From: Podarcis erhardii
Lineage: Eukaryota
Reading direction: 5' to 3' (one strand)
Assembly (NCBI GenBank): GCA_964252035.1
Contig: OZ176207.1
Length of the DNA stretch: 64,000 nt
In this document: piece after piece, positions 13,227 through 26,935 of the stretch
How the letters are laid out: every line of letters starts with the position of its first letter
Numbering within the stretch: the stretch's first letter is position 1
The notes under the pieces: generated by a model
What the model was told of the DNA's origin: nothing
Databases searched by the model: none
Seen by the model: the letters and a program-made list of their open reading frames with translations, nothing else
Translations under genes and position numbers: made by a program

Positions 13227-14025
13227 GTGAGTATAAAAAATGGTTCATTCCATCTTATTAGGAATCAGCCCTAAGAATCCTTTTTAAATCCAAAGCTTAT
13301 GATTTCATGATTTCTATAAATTCCCCATATTTGTGTATAATTACCTTTATAAATTAGCAGCTTCTGCTGTTAATGATAATCATAATCATTATCACCATTA
13401 TAATTATTAAAGGACATAAGAAGAGCCTGCTTCTACTGGATCAGGCCAGTGGCCCATCTAGTCCAGCATCCTCTTCTCATCATCAAACCTTTATTGGCAT
13501 CACATACAAACATTCAGAATAAATAGGCCAGTGCGATCTCATCGCCATTTCAACAGTACAGTCATTTGCCAAAGGGAAGAAGAGGTGAGCAATCTATTAT
13601 CCTCTTTCTCACAGTGCCCAGCCAGATGCCTTTGGGAAACCCACAAGCATGATTCAAGCACAATAGTCCCATTTTAGGATGTTGCAAATCCGCAAGGTAT
13701 CTTTTAGAGCTAAAAGCTCTTTCAGCAGTACTCAGTTGCCAGGATCCAATTTGTTATAATGTCATTTTGTCTTTGACCTGTTTCTTCTTTTCTCAGAAGT
13801 ATGTCAGTTTAATAATTAAAGCAAATTCCCATTCCTTACCTATCCACTCATTAGTAACGGCTGCTACTTAGGCCTTCCATTTCTGTGCAAACATTATTTT
13901 TCCTGCATCTGTCATATAAGGGAATAATTGTGCATGCTCGTTCTTTCTGAGGTGTTGTTTTTGTTAGTTTAATTTGGTTGCTACTCTAACAGCATGTTAT
14001 CTAATTCATTTTTATGTGCCCATAG

Positions 14026-14070
14026 ATGAAGAAGTTGTTCCACATTCTGCTACTGAACAAGTTCAGTCAG
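14026..14070 (+). CDS. ASPH: ASPH micro-exon (N/D)EEVVPHSATEQVQS
   Basis: cccatag/gtacgt, 45 nt, phase 1-1. Confidence 0.75.
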
Positions 14071-15816
14071 GTACGTTTGCATGAATTAACCAAGGTGGGA
14101 GAAACTAACTTGAGTATAACTTTTATTAAAGTTATCTTTCTGTAATTCATGAAAGCACTTTTTATCTGCTGTTCATGTGTGGAATAAAAGGAATACCGGT
14201 CAGAGAACTGCTAAGAAACTTCACTGTATAAGATGATGGTTTTTAACCACTGAATGTATTGATAAAAAATTAGACATCTGGATCTTAAAAGCTCTGAATG
14301 TATTTATATACTACATATTTGCATGTCACTTTGACATTTGCTTCTGTGAATTCAAATAATCACAAATCAGTATGGACCCATAAGGTGTCCTGTGAGAAGT
14401 ACTGAGAAATGTATTAAGGCTATTTTTGCTAGTATCTCTTTGCTGTCCGGGGAAAAGTGAATATTAAGTTTCTCTGTCAGGAGGAGATAGAAGAGATCAA
14501 ACCTGTCCCCCATTTTTAAAGCTACCTGTCTCAAGTGTGGCAAGGAAGGTTACTAGGATATTTGTGAACCTGATTTCCCTTTGCCTTCTCATACCATATA
14601 ACATAGGCATCTAGACTCTGAATTATGCTAATCTCAGGGATACATACTAGAATTCAAGAATAACCACCTACATAGTGGCGGTGGAGGGTGCAATTAAAAG
14701 TAGGAAAAGGGCTCTTTGCCATCTCTCTTTTTACCCTGTAACACGCTCCTCTCACCCATTTTTTACCCAGCCATGTTTCTCGATGTGTGTGTATGTCACT
14801 GGGGAAAAGCAGCAAGTGGGATGAAAGTTAATCACTCCATTCTACCCACCATTTTACTGTTTCAAATAACACCCACCCACCCCTGCTGCTTTGCAGCTAT
14901 TTTGTGGAGACCAAGGTCACTCCTAAATGTGAAGTTCCAGCTGAAGTTGAGGATTCTGTGGTCAGCTACCTATCCTTTTTGAGCTTTTTGGTTCCTGGAT
15001 GTCTGCTGGGCATTCCTCTGTTGTATTTGATCTCATACTCCATAGATAGGGAAAATCACAGAGTCCACTCTACCAGCCAGCTTAGCAATTTTGTTTTGAC
15101 ATCCTCTGCACTTGAACATGCTTTAGTACAGCCTTTTCTTGTCTTATTGAAGCTCACTCTTTCAAAGTTACTTTAAGGAGACATGTATGGATATCACTGG
15201 AAGAGGGCATACATCTTTAAGAATGGAGTACACTGCCAAACCATAGCTGTTATGTTGAATCTGCCTTGCCTTTGGAACAAACATCTGTTTGTTTTTAAGG
15301 ACTCAAGTGTTGGTATATGACTCCATTAAACCACTCATTTTCTTTGCTTTGCTCATTTCAGAAGTCAAAACTATTTTAAAGAAAATACTGTAGCTGAAAT
15401 ATCCAGCTATGATAGCTCAAAGCTCATAAATATTTAGATATTTGGCTTAAAAAATAAGAGAGTATTTTATGATGTACGTGTTAAAAATAAAATGCTTGGG
15501 GAAAACAAGAGAGAAGAGAATGCTGTATTTTATATCTGTGTCACACACTTATGCTGTAATGTACAATTTGACAACCTATGTGCTCTGTATCATCCTTAAA
15601 GTTCAAGCAATCACTGCTGGTTTTTAAAAAAGTATTTAAGCTTGTATTTATCTTATTTCTTTAATTATGTCTGTATAACTACAAAATCAGCCTGAATATA
15701 TTTTGGTTTATATAAAATGTATCAATTTGTTTAGTAGAAATTATTATTAGTAATAATAATAGCACACGCATACACAGTATAAGATAACATACGTTTTTCC
15801 AACTTGTTAACCATAG

Positions 15817-15867
15817 ATGACCGAGAACATACAGAAGATCATGTGACTGCTCAACCGCATGAGACAG
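15817..15867 (+). CDS. ASPH: ASPH acidic micro-exon DDREHTEDHVTAQPHET
   Basis: ccatag/gtttgt, 51 nt, phase 1-1. Confidence 0.75.
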
Positions 15868-16327
15868 GTTTGTACATTATTTTGTCATACCATGCTAAAA
15901 CCTGTTTATGTAATGGTGCTTATATATGAGTGTGCCCAGAATTGTTCACCCAGGGCACATACTTTTTCTGATTACTTCTGTTACAATATATAAAAATATG
16001 TCGTGAGCAGAACTATTTTATTAATTCAGTTTCTTAGAAACTGAAATGCACATCGTAGTTCATTAGCCTATATTCATTTATCTACTTATTTATTTTACAA
16101 TAAATTAAAAGCTTTTAAAAATGCTTTTAAAAGGCAGCCCTAATTTGGGGTCACCTGGCTCGTGGGATGATTATAGTGGCAGAGCCCATGCTACATTCAA
16201 CGTTCTACTAGTTCCACCCATCCAGGGCAAAGGGCCAAAAGCTCTGGACTTTTGGGTTGTTTTTTGCTTTGCTGTGCCAGCTCAAGCTGGCTCCTCACCT
16301 GACAGTGGGCTGGCTTAGGTTCTAGCA

Positions 16328-17100
16328 AATAATAATAATAATAATAAATTTTATTTATATCCCGCCCTCCCCAGCCGAAGCCAGGCTCAGGGCGGCTAAC
16401 AACAATCAAATAATCCAACATTCTAAAAACATTTCATTATAAAAATTAGCTAAAATCAAATTGATGGCAACCGTTAAGCAAAATTCTGTGCAGATTGCCA
16501 GAGGAGGGAGTCAGGCTGCGCCCTGGCCAAAGGCCTGGTGGAACAGCTCTGTCTTGCAGGCCTTGCGGAAAGATGTCAGGTCCCGCAGGGCCCTAGTCTC
16601 ATGTGACAGAGTGTTCCACCAGATTGGAGCCGCAGCCGAGAAAGCCCTGGCTCTAGTTGAGGCCAGCCTAACCTCTCTGTGGCCTGGGGCCTTCAGGATG
16701 TTTTTATTTGCAGACCATAAGTTCCTCTGTGGGACATACCAGGAGAGGCGGTCCCGTAGGTACGAGGGTCCTAGGCTGTATAGGGCTTTAAAGGTTAAAA
16801 CCAGCACCTTAAACCTGATCCTGTACTCCACCGGGAGCCAGTGCAGCTAGTATAGTACCAGATGAATGTGATCTCACAGCAAAGACCCCATAAGGAGTCT
16901 CGCCACGGCATTCTGCACCCGCTGGAGTTTCTGGGTCAGTCTCAAGGGCAGCCCCACGTAGAGTGAGTTACAATAATCCAGTCTGGAGGTGACCGTCGCG
17001 TGGATCACAGTGGCTAGGTCAGGGCGGGAGAGATAAGGAGCCAACTGCTTAGCTTGGCGGAGATGAAAAAATGCCGCCTTTGTTATAGCTTGGCCAAGCC
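16328..17100 (-). mobile_element. L2-clade LINE 3' fragment (different subfamily)
   Basis: TSRLDYCNSLYVGLP and YRIRFKVLVLTFKAL on the - strand. (TTA)n tail at about 16328-16345. Confidence 0.88.
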
Positions 17101-19318
17101 TTTTTTTCCCCCCTTGCGACTCAAATGTTTTGGGTCCTGAACACCGCAAACTCAGAAGTGAGTGTTCTGGTTTGCAAATGTTCTTTGGAACCCAATCGTC
17201 CAACGCAGCTTCCGTGGCTTCCGATTGGCTGCAGGAGCTTCTAATAAGATCCAATAAAGGTGTAGAAAACAACAGTGAGTGACTCACATCCATAATAAAT
17301 GTCTTCTCAAGCCCTGTCTCTGGATTGTGAGAAGAAAGCAGGTATACATATCTCTGTCGCAGAGTTTGTTTATAACCACCAAGGAGATGCATGTGGTGGC
17401 TGCTACTGTTTCTGGAAGTCTCTGGCTCACATGGGTAAGGCTCCTTTAACAGCAACACGACAGAAAAGGTCATATGTTGACATTTGACCTTACGAAAGCT
17501 TCTGAGTTGGGCTTCTTTTCTGTTTAGGGCAAAAAAGGGACTTTGCAACCACTGCTGTATCTTGCTCATATCAAGACCCACCATGTGTTGCGTCTGCTTT
17601 GCCTTCACCTTGCTTTATCTAGTATTGCCTTACTCCCAGAATGTGGTATCATGACTTGGCAGGATCTGGATTCAGGAACACGTTGCAGGCAATAGAGACC
17701 TGTAGCCTGCAACTTGGAATAAACAGTCAGCTTTCCAGGTACATCTTCAGTCAAATGGAGTTGACACAAAGGCACAAGTCTAAACCTCCTGGCAAAGAGG
17801 GACATAATATTTTGATGTGAAAAGATTGCCAGCAACACAGCTGCAGTGACTGCTTATCAACACCAAATGTGGGAGAAATTTGATTTTGTATTTCATGCCT
17901 CTCACACACTAAACTGATACTTTGCATCCCATAAAATGATGGCATTAGATTAGCACCAAAGCATTATTACAGGTGCTAACATTTTCATTTCCGTCCTCAA
18001 TATGTTTTTAGTGCGTCAGAATGAGTAAATACAAAGGGATTTGATCACAGCTGCAAATTTCCAGATTCTTAAGTGGTAGATGGAAATACTCATAGCTTTG
18101 GGCTTCTGTGAAGCACATTGCTTTCTGTTTCTTTTTTGTTTTTATTTCAGCATTTAACCCTACTTTTTGTTTTTGGGGAAATGGAATATTCTAAAAACTA
18201 TTCCAAGGCATAGTTGAGATAATAAAAGCCTTTGCCTGCAGGGCTCAGGTTAAATTTTAAAAGAGCAGTATGGGGAAAAATACCTCTGAGTCCCAGTTTT
18301 GGGGAATCACAGTGGTGAGATTGCTGTTGTGTGCCGTTCATGCTTTGGGGCATCCCATAGGCATCTGGTTGATTACTATGACAAAAGAATGCTTGGCTAC
18401 ATGAGTTTGATCCATCAGGCATTTCTAAAGTAAAGTCAGTGGTGGACTAATGAGTAGCATGTGGTAAATACTCTGGAAATAAATGCTGCTGCTGCAAAAT
18501 AGAGTTGGGGATCATCAGGTAACATTAGATTTGCAGATATGGTGAACTCATGGATGACTGCAAGGGAAGTAGGAAAGTCTACAGAAGTGCCACAATCATC
18601 AGAGTTCCAGTTTTCATTGACTAAAAAAGAAGGCTACTATTGTTGAACCAGAGATACGAGGCAAAATATGTAAGCACTGTTTTCCTTGTTTTGTAAACTA
18701 GCATGATTGCCAGTGAATGAAGTCATAGCAATGAGTGGCATTAAGAAAACAGATCTAGCCAACATGGTATCCTCATATGTTGTTTGACTACAATTCCTAT
18801 AAGCTGCAGCCAGCATGCCAAATAGTTGAGAATGATGGGAGTTATTGTCCAGCAACATCTGGAGGATACTACGTTGACTACTCCTGGGCTAGAGTCTAGT
18901 GAAGAAACTTGTTGGTTGGTTTTTAAGGCTTCTATGATGTAAAAAATGGTTGCTTCTTCATAGAGAGCCATTCATGTATCCAGGATTTTAGTGTATCTGA
19001 GTTTGGGGAGTCAACTAAAAAAGAAAAGTTAGCAACAAAGAGGAGTTTGTGATCTTTCTAACTCAGGTTTTATTTAATACCAAAAAAGTGCCCCTTCCCA
19101 TTTGTCAACATTAAAAAAGAAATCTCAATGCAGCTAAAACCTATCATTGTTTTATCCTTACTGCAAGCCAGGGGAGGGGACGCAGAACACTATGGCTGAG
19201 TGTATGCACAATGTAATCCAGTGTTTATATCAATATGCTGAAAAGTATGGGGAGTTATAGTACTTTATAACAACCCTGAAATATAGACCTTTGTTGTTAC
19301 TCTGACGTGCTGGTGTTG

Positions 19319-19319
<1 letters not shown>

Positions 19320-19358
<39 letters not shown>
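19320..19358. repeat. (GT)n microsatellite. Others: (CT)n(CA)n at about 11071-11112, (CA)n at about 30758-30798 and 50467-50492.
   Basis: Direct inspection. Confidence 0.9.
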
Positions 19359-19362
<4 letters not shown>

Positions 19363-19696
19363 TAAGGCTTGGTGGGGGTTAGCTGAGCCAGGGAAATAAT
19401 TGTTGGTTTGAGTGGTCATCAAAAAGTGTCTGGATGCCAGGTCTAGCCATCAGAAGCAACAGATGGAATGTATGGAATACAAGTTCATCAGATGCAGGCC
19501 TAGGTCTTCTAGAAATTGTAGGCCTGTTCTCTCATACTAGTTACATTTGTTTGGAGTATTTGCTTTGCTGCTGCCTCTGGGGAAAAAATCCTTTGGATGC
19601 CCATGGATGAGCTTAAAGCGAATAAAGAATGGATTGGAAATAAAGGCTTGGCTGTTGAGAAGAGAGTTGAAAAGGAGAGAGAAGCAATAGAGAAGT

Positions 19697-22600
19697 GATC
19701 ACGGGTAGGAGGAGGAGTTACGCTAAGACCAGACCGTGTCATTACAGAGGAGGCAGGTTTAGTCGTTGGCTGAGGACTATTCCTGCCTCCGGGTCTGGTC
19801 CTGACCGGATGGATACTAGAATCAGCAAGGGATACCCACATGACCTGAAAGTGTTGCTGTGCAATGCCAGGTCAATGATTCATAAGACCACTGCCATCCA
19901 TGACTCGATCATGGATGGAGGATTTGATCTGGCATGTGTAACAGAGACTTGGTTGGATGAAGCAGATGGGCCTGTCCTTGCCGCTGCTTGCCCACCAGGT
20001 TTCTCTTACGCACAGCAACCCAGGTCATGTGGGCGGGGAGGGGGGGTTGCAGTGATTTTTAGGAAGTCATTAGTCTGCACCAGGCATCCTATTGGGAAGA
20101 CCCAGTTTTCTGAGTGCATGTTCTGGAAGTTGGGCAATAGGGGCAGTACAGGATTCCTATTGGTGTACCGACCTCCCCGCTGCACCAAGGATTCCCTGCC
20201 CGAGCTGCTTCAGGTCGTGGCGGATATGCTCCTGGAGACACCTAGCTTGGTTGTCCTGGGGGATTTTAACATCCATGCCGACACGACCTTACAAGGGGCC
20301 GCTCGGGACTTCGTGGAAAGCATGGCCTCCATGGGGCTGTCCCTGAATAAGTCTGGCCCAACTCATAGCCACGGACATGCCTTAGACTTGGTGTTTACCT
20401 CTACGGATGCTGGTGATCTGACATTAACTAAAAGCGAAACAAAAGAAGTGCCATGGTCAGATCACTTCCTGGTGCAACTGGACTTCTCTGCAACCCTTCC
20501 CCTCCGCAGGGAGGTGGGACCGATTCGGATGGTCCGCCCCCGCCACTTAATGGATCCAATTGGCTTCCAGAGAGTGGTAGGGGATGCTTTATCCCAAGTT
20601 GATGGCCTTTCAGCTGATTCCCTGGTGGCCCGCTGGAATGCGGAGTTAACCAGGGCTATTGACTGTCTGGCTCCGAAGCGCCCTCTCCGATTGCATGGAG
20701 CCCGGACAGCCCCGTGGTTTTCCCCGGAGCTGAGGGTGATGAAACAATCGTTGAGACGGCTAGAGCGCCGGTGGCGGAAAACTCATTCTGAATCAGACCG
20801 GACACGGGTTAGAGCTCAACGTCGAGCCTACCAAGTGGCAATGGCGACGGCGAAGAGGGCCTTCTTCACCGCCTCCATTGCATCTGCAGAAAACAGCAGC
20901 AGGAGACTTTTTCAGGTGGTTCGCAATCTATCAGAACCACTTGTACCACCGGGGCCTGGTAGGGACCCCAAGATCTCCTGCAATGCTTTTGCAAAGTTTT
21001 TTGCAGATAAAATCGCTCAGATTCAGAAGGAGGTAGACTCCACCGTGGGAGCAGGGCCAGGGCGGGAGAGTGCTAGAGTTCTGTCTGGTCCTGTTACATG
21101 GGATCAATTCCAATCTGTTACCTCCGAGGATGTGGACAGGCTGCTTGGACGAGTGAAACCGACCACCTGTCTCTTTGATCCTTGCCCATCCTGGCTGATA
21201 AAAGCGAGCCGGGAAGGGCTGGGCGATGGGATCTGCGGGGTGGTGAATGCTTCCCTCTGTGAGGGAGCCTTCCCAGACCCGCTGAAAGAGGCGGTCATTA
21301 AACCGCTTCTTAAAAAAACATCTTTAGACCCGGCCAATTTGGCCAACTATCGCCCAGTCTCAAATCTGCCATTCTTGGGCAAGGTGATTGAGCGGGTGGT
21401 TGCTGAACAACTCCAAGCACGCCTGGAGGAAACGGACCATTTGGATCCCTTCCAATCGGGATTCAGGCCTCACCATGGGACTGAAACTGCCTTGGTTGCG
21501 CTGGTTGATGATCTCCGGCGGGCTAGGGACAAAGGTGAGAGCTGTTTCCTAGTTCTGCTGGATCTCTCAGCGGCCTTTGACACCATCGACCATAACATCC
21601 TTCTGGACCGTCTAGAGGGGCTGGGAGCTGGGGGCACTGTTATACAGTGGTTCCGCTCCTTCCTCCTGGGCCGTGTCCAGAAGGTGGTGGTGGGGGTGAG
21701 TGTTCAGACCCCTGGGCTCTCACTTGTGGGGTGCCTCAGGGTTCTGTCCTCTCCCCCATGCTTTTTAATATCTATATGAAGCCGCTGGGAGAGATCATCA
21801 GGGGGTTTGGACTGGGTGTTCATCAGTATGCAGATGACACCCAGCTCTACCTCTCCTTTAAATCAGAACCAGTGAAGGCGGTGAAGGTCCTGTGTGAGTG
21901 CCTGGAGGCGGTTGGAGGTTGGATGGTGGCTAACAGATTGAGGTTGAATCCTGACAAGACAGAAGTACTGTTTTTGGGGGACAGGAGGCGGGCAGGTGTG
22001 GAGGATTCCCTGGTCCTGAATGGGGTAACTGTGCCCCTGAAGGACCAGGTGCGCAGCCTGGGAGTCATTTTGGACTCACAGCTGTCCATGGAGGCGCAGA
22101 TTAACTCTGTGTCCAGGGCAGCTGTCTACCAGCTCCACCTGGTAGGCTAAGACCCTACCTCCCCGCGGACTGTCTCGCCAGAGTGGTGCATGCTCTAGTT
22201 ATCTCACGCTTGGACTACTGCAATGCGCTCTACGTGGGGCTACCTTTGAAGGTGACCCGGGAACTGCAATTAATCCAGAATGCGGCAGCTAGACTGGTGA
22301 CTGAGAGTGGCCGCCGGGACCACATAACACCGGTTCTGAGAGATCTGCATTGGCTCCCAGTACGTTTCCGAGCACGATTCAAAGTGTTGGTGCTGACCTT
22401 TAAAGCCCTAAATGGCCTCGGTCCTGTATACCTGAAGGAGCGTCTCCACCCCCATCGTTCAGCCCGGACACTGAGATCCAGCGCCGAGGGCCTTCTGGCG
22501 GTTCCCTCATTGCGAGAAGTGAGGCTACAGGGAACCAGACAGAGGGCCTTCTCGGTAGTGGCGCCCGCCCTGTGGAACGCCCTCCCATCAGATGTCAAAG

Positions 22601-22770
22601 AGATAAAGAATTACCTGATGTTCAGAAGACATCTTAAGGCAGCCCTGTTCAGGGATGTTTTTAATATGTAATGCTGTATTGTTTTTAATACTGATTGGGA
22701 GCCGCCCAGAGTGGCTGGGGAAACTCAGCCAGATGGGCGGGGTATAAATAATAAATTATTATTATTATTA
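19697..22770 (+). mobile_element. L2-clade LINE with near-complete ORF2 (APE endonuclease + RT), 5' truncated
   Basis: NARS, TETW, GDFN and SDH endonuclease motifs. GVPQGSVLSP and YADD RT motifs. LDYCN and LHWLP C-terminus. 3' stem-loop then (TTA)n tail. Apparent 1-bp deletion near 21696 and a small deletion near 22144 break the frame. Confidence 0.92.
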
Positions 22771-23937
22771 TAAGGAAAGGTTGTTTCTAGTAGGAAGGTA
22801 GAAATGGAAGGTGGATATGAAGAGGACAATATCTAACAGAAAGTGAGAGAGTACAAAAAATTGTGATTGTAACAAAGTTATGAATGTGTAAGCAGCAGAC
22901 AATGCATCTTGAAAATAAAAAGAATTTGGCAACTGGAGTCAAACATAAGGCTAAGATTGTGATGGCGAAGATAAGGGCAACATTAACAGAATAGAGATTC
23001 ATCCAGTTAAATTTATATTGGGTGTGGTGGTCATGGCACTCTCCTGCAGCATGTGAAGTAGCAGTTCTATAGGCACAGCAAGTCAGATGACCATTTAATT
23101 GGGGCAAGCAGCACCTGTCCCTATGCGAGCGGCATAGTAGTAAAGCACACTGTAGCTCCCATTTTGTAATAAGTGGCTAGCGCTGCCTTCAAATTCAGTG
23201 CCTTTTCTTTATCCATACTGTTGCGTCTAATGTGAAACAGGCCACAACTGTGTGTGTGTTTGGCCCACCCAATGTGCAATAACTGCAATTGACCCCACAG
23301 GATTGTACAGGATGTTATATCAGATGGACCAGCATAAATTTTCCTCTGCCCTGTTCCAAATACATACATATAACAACCCAGGATGGAACCATGTAGATGA
23401 AGAGCTATGCAGATAGATAATGCTTGGTTTAGCCTCCACCCTGGGGTTATCTCTATGTTATGTCTTCACTTTCTCCCATATAAGTGAATGGTTGCCAGTT
23501 ACCCTTCTTGCAAGGCAGAGAAGTAAAATACTGCAATTGTAGAGTGTTGGGGTGTAAGCAAATCTGCCCTTCCATCCTTAACACTGAATGGCCGAGCCCT
23601 CATTGTGAGGGAGTAGAGAGTTCTTACTCTACAAGTATGCTTTCATTATAGTAATGCATTTTTCTCATAATATGTATGTATGGTCAGAGGCGTACCTAGG
23701 CTCCCTTGCACCCTTGGCAAGGAGAGTGGGCAAACTCCTACCACTCTGAGCCAGAGTGGAGAGGTATGATTTCTGCGCTTCCTTGGACCTGCACCTTTGG
23801 CAGGGGCCAATCTGGCCATCCCCTAGGTACATCCTCATGTATGGTGTGCGTATGTGTGTAGTGGGGGAAGAGATTCTTGTTTTCTTGCTCAAAAAGGCTG
23901 TCCTTGAAGGTCTGCTGTTGCTTCCTCTCTTTATTAG

Positions 23938-23979
23938 ATAGCAACTTTGTGTCTAAAACTAATACAGTTTTAATAGAAG
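23938..23979 (+). CDS. ASPH: Probable ASPH micro-exon DSNFVSKTNTVLIE
   Basis: cttcctctctttattag/gtacaa, 42 nt, phase 1-1, open. Less acidic than its neighbours and only 112 nt upstream of the next acceptor. Confidence 0.5.
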
Positions 23980-24091
23980 GTACAACCAAATTCCTTTGCT
24001 ACAAAGTTGCATATTAGTAATAAAGAATATTTTTAAAAATAATTTGTATCATGGTTGGTCCTCTAATTTAGATCTCCCCTTATTTTTTCAG

Positions 24092-24099
24092 ATACTTAA
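24092..24099 (+). CDS. ASPH: Junctate/humbug-type alternative terminal exon, coding part (G|AT ACT TAA = D-T-stop)
   Basis: cccttattttttcag acceptor. The phase-1 join gives ...DT*, the recalled C-terminus of human junctate. The following gcttcaaaaagactg...caggaggaccagcctaa resembles the recalled human junctate 3'UTR start. Confidence 0.75.
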
Positions 24100-26290
24100 A
24101 GCTTCAAAAAGACTGTCCCTACAGCAGGAGGACCAGCCTAAACCATTCTCTACACAATGGGAACAGATGTTTGTTATAGACTTTATGCCGTAATTAACTA
24201 AGCAGTTGAGAAACTTGTGGTGGAGGGAGAAACACTAAAGGTGTTTCACAAGTGATGCTAGGAGACTTTCCCATTTAAGTTGCATCTCATGTAGATGTTG
24301 TTAATATGGTATTAGCCAGAAATAGAACACGATTTTTAAACTGAATATATATTCTGGTCAATGCAGACTTTTCATTCAATTTGTAGATGCAAAAAAACTA
24401 TTTACGCATCACTTGTGAAACTCTCTGAAAATGTGTAGCACTCAGTTCACATTTTAGTATACCATTAGCATATATTTAGAACCCCAATATACATTTTTAA
24501 CATTTTGTAGCTTTTAATATACATGTTTTTATTTTCTCCCTTACTAGTGACCAAGAGGTTGTAGTATCTGAATTTTACATGTGTCGTTCACATAACTGTA
24601 ATATGCTATTTATAATGTAGCAACAAATGATTTAAGATTTTAATATATATATATCTGTGGATACATTAAAATTCGGAAGCAATCTTAGTTAGCAAAGTTT
24701 TAAAATGTGATCAAATAGCATTGTGATATATTTACATTCTTTTATGGCAAACACTACTAAAATAGAGCTGTGAAATTTTGGCTTGGACCTATACTTGTTG
24801 GTTAGTAATTATTCTAGCTGAGCTCAGCTCACTTTAATCTATGTTCAGGTGTAGCAAACACCTTAATGATGGACATATCTACAGAATTACTTAACTAATT
24901 ACACTACACACAAACGTTATTGTTGTAACCACCACTTCTGATGAACACTGAAGAATTCCATAGCAATCTTGTTTTTTTTCAGAGCTTACATTGAAAATCC
25001 ACTTGGGCTTAATTGTTTTTTGATTTTATTTTTCATTTGCCCTTAGACCTGCCATTGTAATGCACTGTTTGTCAGCAGTTATATAGGCATAAGTACCTAA
25101 ACTGTATTCCCACAACTGCTTAATCAACAGTAGCCCCTCTGAAATAAATGGGATTATTCTGAGGCAAGGGTTGTAGTTATCTGATGAGTCTATCTAATGA
25201 GTCAGAATATGATTGATTTCAACAAATATTCTTTACCAAAAATTGCTTATTATAAATATAAATCAGTATTTATTAATAAAATCCTTATTTTGCTCATAAA
25301 TGAAGGTAAACTTAAAAAAAAAAGTTAGGGCTATAGATAACTATTGCATGGTGCTGTTCCATTACAATAGATTCACATTACTTTAATTATTTTATCCTTT
25401 TTTGGCTCAGGAATAGTTCTCATTTTAATGCTGTTGCTCTGAGAAAGATAATCTCAGTTTAATCTGATATATCAGTTGGAAACACTAAGTAGCATTGAAG
25501 TCAATGGGTATTCACTAGGATTGTTGTGGAATCTTTGACTTGTGAACTGTAGCCAGCACTTGGAGATAATTAGATTTAATTTTTTTTAATGTAGAAACAT
25601 GAGTAAGGAGAAATGTGATGCATTTTTCTTGGGTTGGAATCCAATATATTGAGAGGTCTACATAGTTTATATGTAGCATATATCCTAGATTTCTGTGAGC
25701 ATATTCCCTTCCCACATGGGTAATGCATCTGTGCATGAATGATTCCCATAAAATATAACAGAGCCTTGTTCTCACCACCACAAGCTGTGCACCCACAGGC
25801 ATTACACTAGGCCAGTTCAGGGAATGGGAGACTGTACAGGAAGGATCATGCCATTCATACTTTTCAGGAAGCAATAGTCCTCTAGTTCTGTTAATACCAA
25901 TTGAGGCAAAGTATTGTTTTATCATTGATGTGTTTGCCACCCTTGACTCCTTGGGGAGGAAGGGTGGTATATAAATTTAAGGAATAAATAAAATGAAAGA
26001 ATTGCATATTTCTAAGTGGAAGAGCAATAATTTTTTATAAAGCCATATTTTTAAGGACATGCGAGAAAAATAGGATTGTGTTTTTGTACAATAGCGACAA
26101 TATATTTTTAGGCTGCTGGAGTGAGAAAATTATTATGCTGTGATCAAGTTCTTAAAATGCTTATAATTACATAATTTTCATGTTTACACAAGTGTGCCAT
26201 GGGGGCAAGGTAACGGGGACTTTTAAAAGATGAACTTTTTCTTCTGTGTAATGATAGGTTGCAATAAAGTACAAAAGAACCTTTTCACTG
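24100..26290 (+). other. ASPH: Putative 3'UTR of the junctate-type isoform
   Basis: AU-rich, repeat-poor stretch. AATAAA candidates at 25143, 25275 and 26263. The end point is inferred. Confidence 0.5.
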
Positions 26291-26693
26291 GTGCAGTCAT
26301 TATTTTCCAAATCGCTGACAAAACATCTCTCTTCAATAACACTTTTGTGTCTTCTTTATACCATTTGAAATCACTAGTTATTTTATTATGCAGAACTGGT
26401 GGTTAAAACCAGCTTAATGTGAATTCATGTATGTCCTATATCTGCATATAAACTCCTACAGTTTATATGCTTGCAATCTTTTTTTATTCTGAAGTGTTCA
26501 CCAGTTTTATCATAACCTCTTACCTTTCACTATGAAACAGAGGCGGGCTAGTATCCTCCTTAGTGTGTAGGTTCACAGTGTATGTGCTAAGGCAATATCT
26601 GGAGCTGATGGTGGATTTTGTTTCAATACAGCAGCTTGTACCAGTAACTGTCCCTAGATGTTCCTAAATGCTTTAGTGATTGGGAGGCTTATA

Positions 26694-26935
26694 CAGTGGT
26701 ACCTTGGGTTACATGCACTTCAGGTTACATACGTTTCAGGTTACAGACTCTGCTAACCCAGAAATAGTATCTCAGGTTAAGAACTTTGCTTCAGGATAAG
26801 AACAGAAATTGCGCTCTGGCAGCATGGCGGCAGCGGGAGGCCCCATTAGCTAAAGTGGTGCTTCAGGTTAAGAACAGTTTCAGGTTAAGAACGGCCCTCT
26901 GGAACGAATTAAGTACTTAACCCGAGATACCACTG
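26694..26935. mobile_element. Tigger-like MITE family B, copy 1
   Basis: TIR cagtggtacc, TA TSD. Confidence 0.85.

Noticed and set aside
14897-14961. Acidic-looking frame YFVETKVTPKCEVPAEVEDSV as another ASPH micro-exon
   Set aside because: The available AG/GT sites do not give a phase 1-1, multiple-of-3 exon in that frame.
16874-17608. 244-aa - strand ORF as a gene
   Set aside because: Chance read-through from unique sequence and a MITE-like fragment into the 5'-truncated L2 piece. Only the last ~75 aa are LINE-derived.
25515-25940. 141-aa - strand ORF and the many other 60-130 aa intronic ORFs in the track
   Set aside because: No domains or splice support, low complexity or repeat-derived, and of a length expected by chance.
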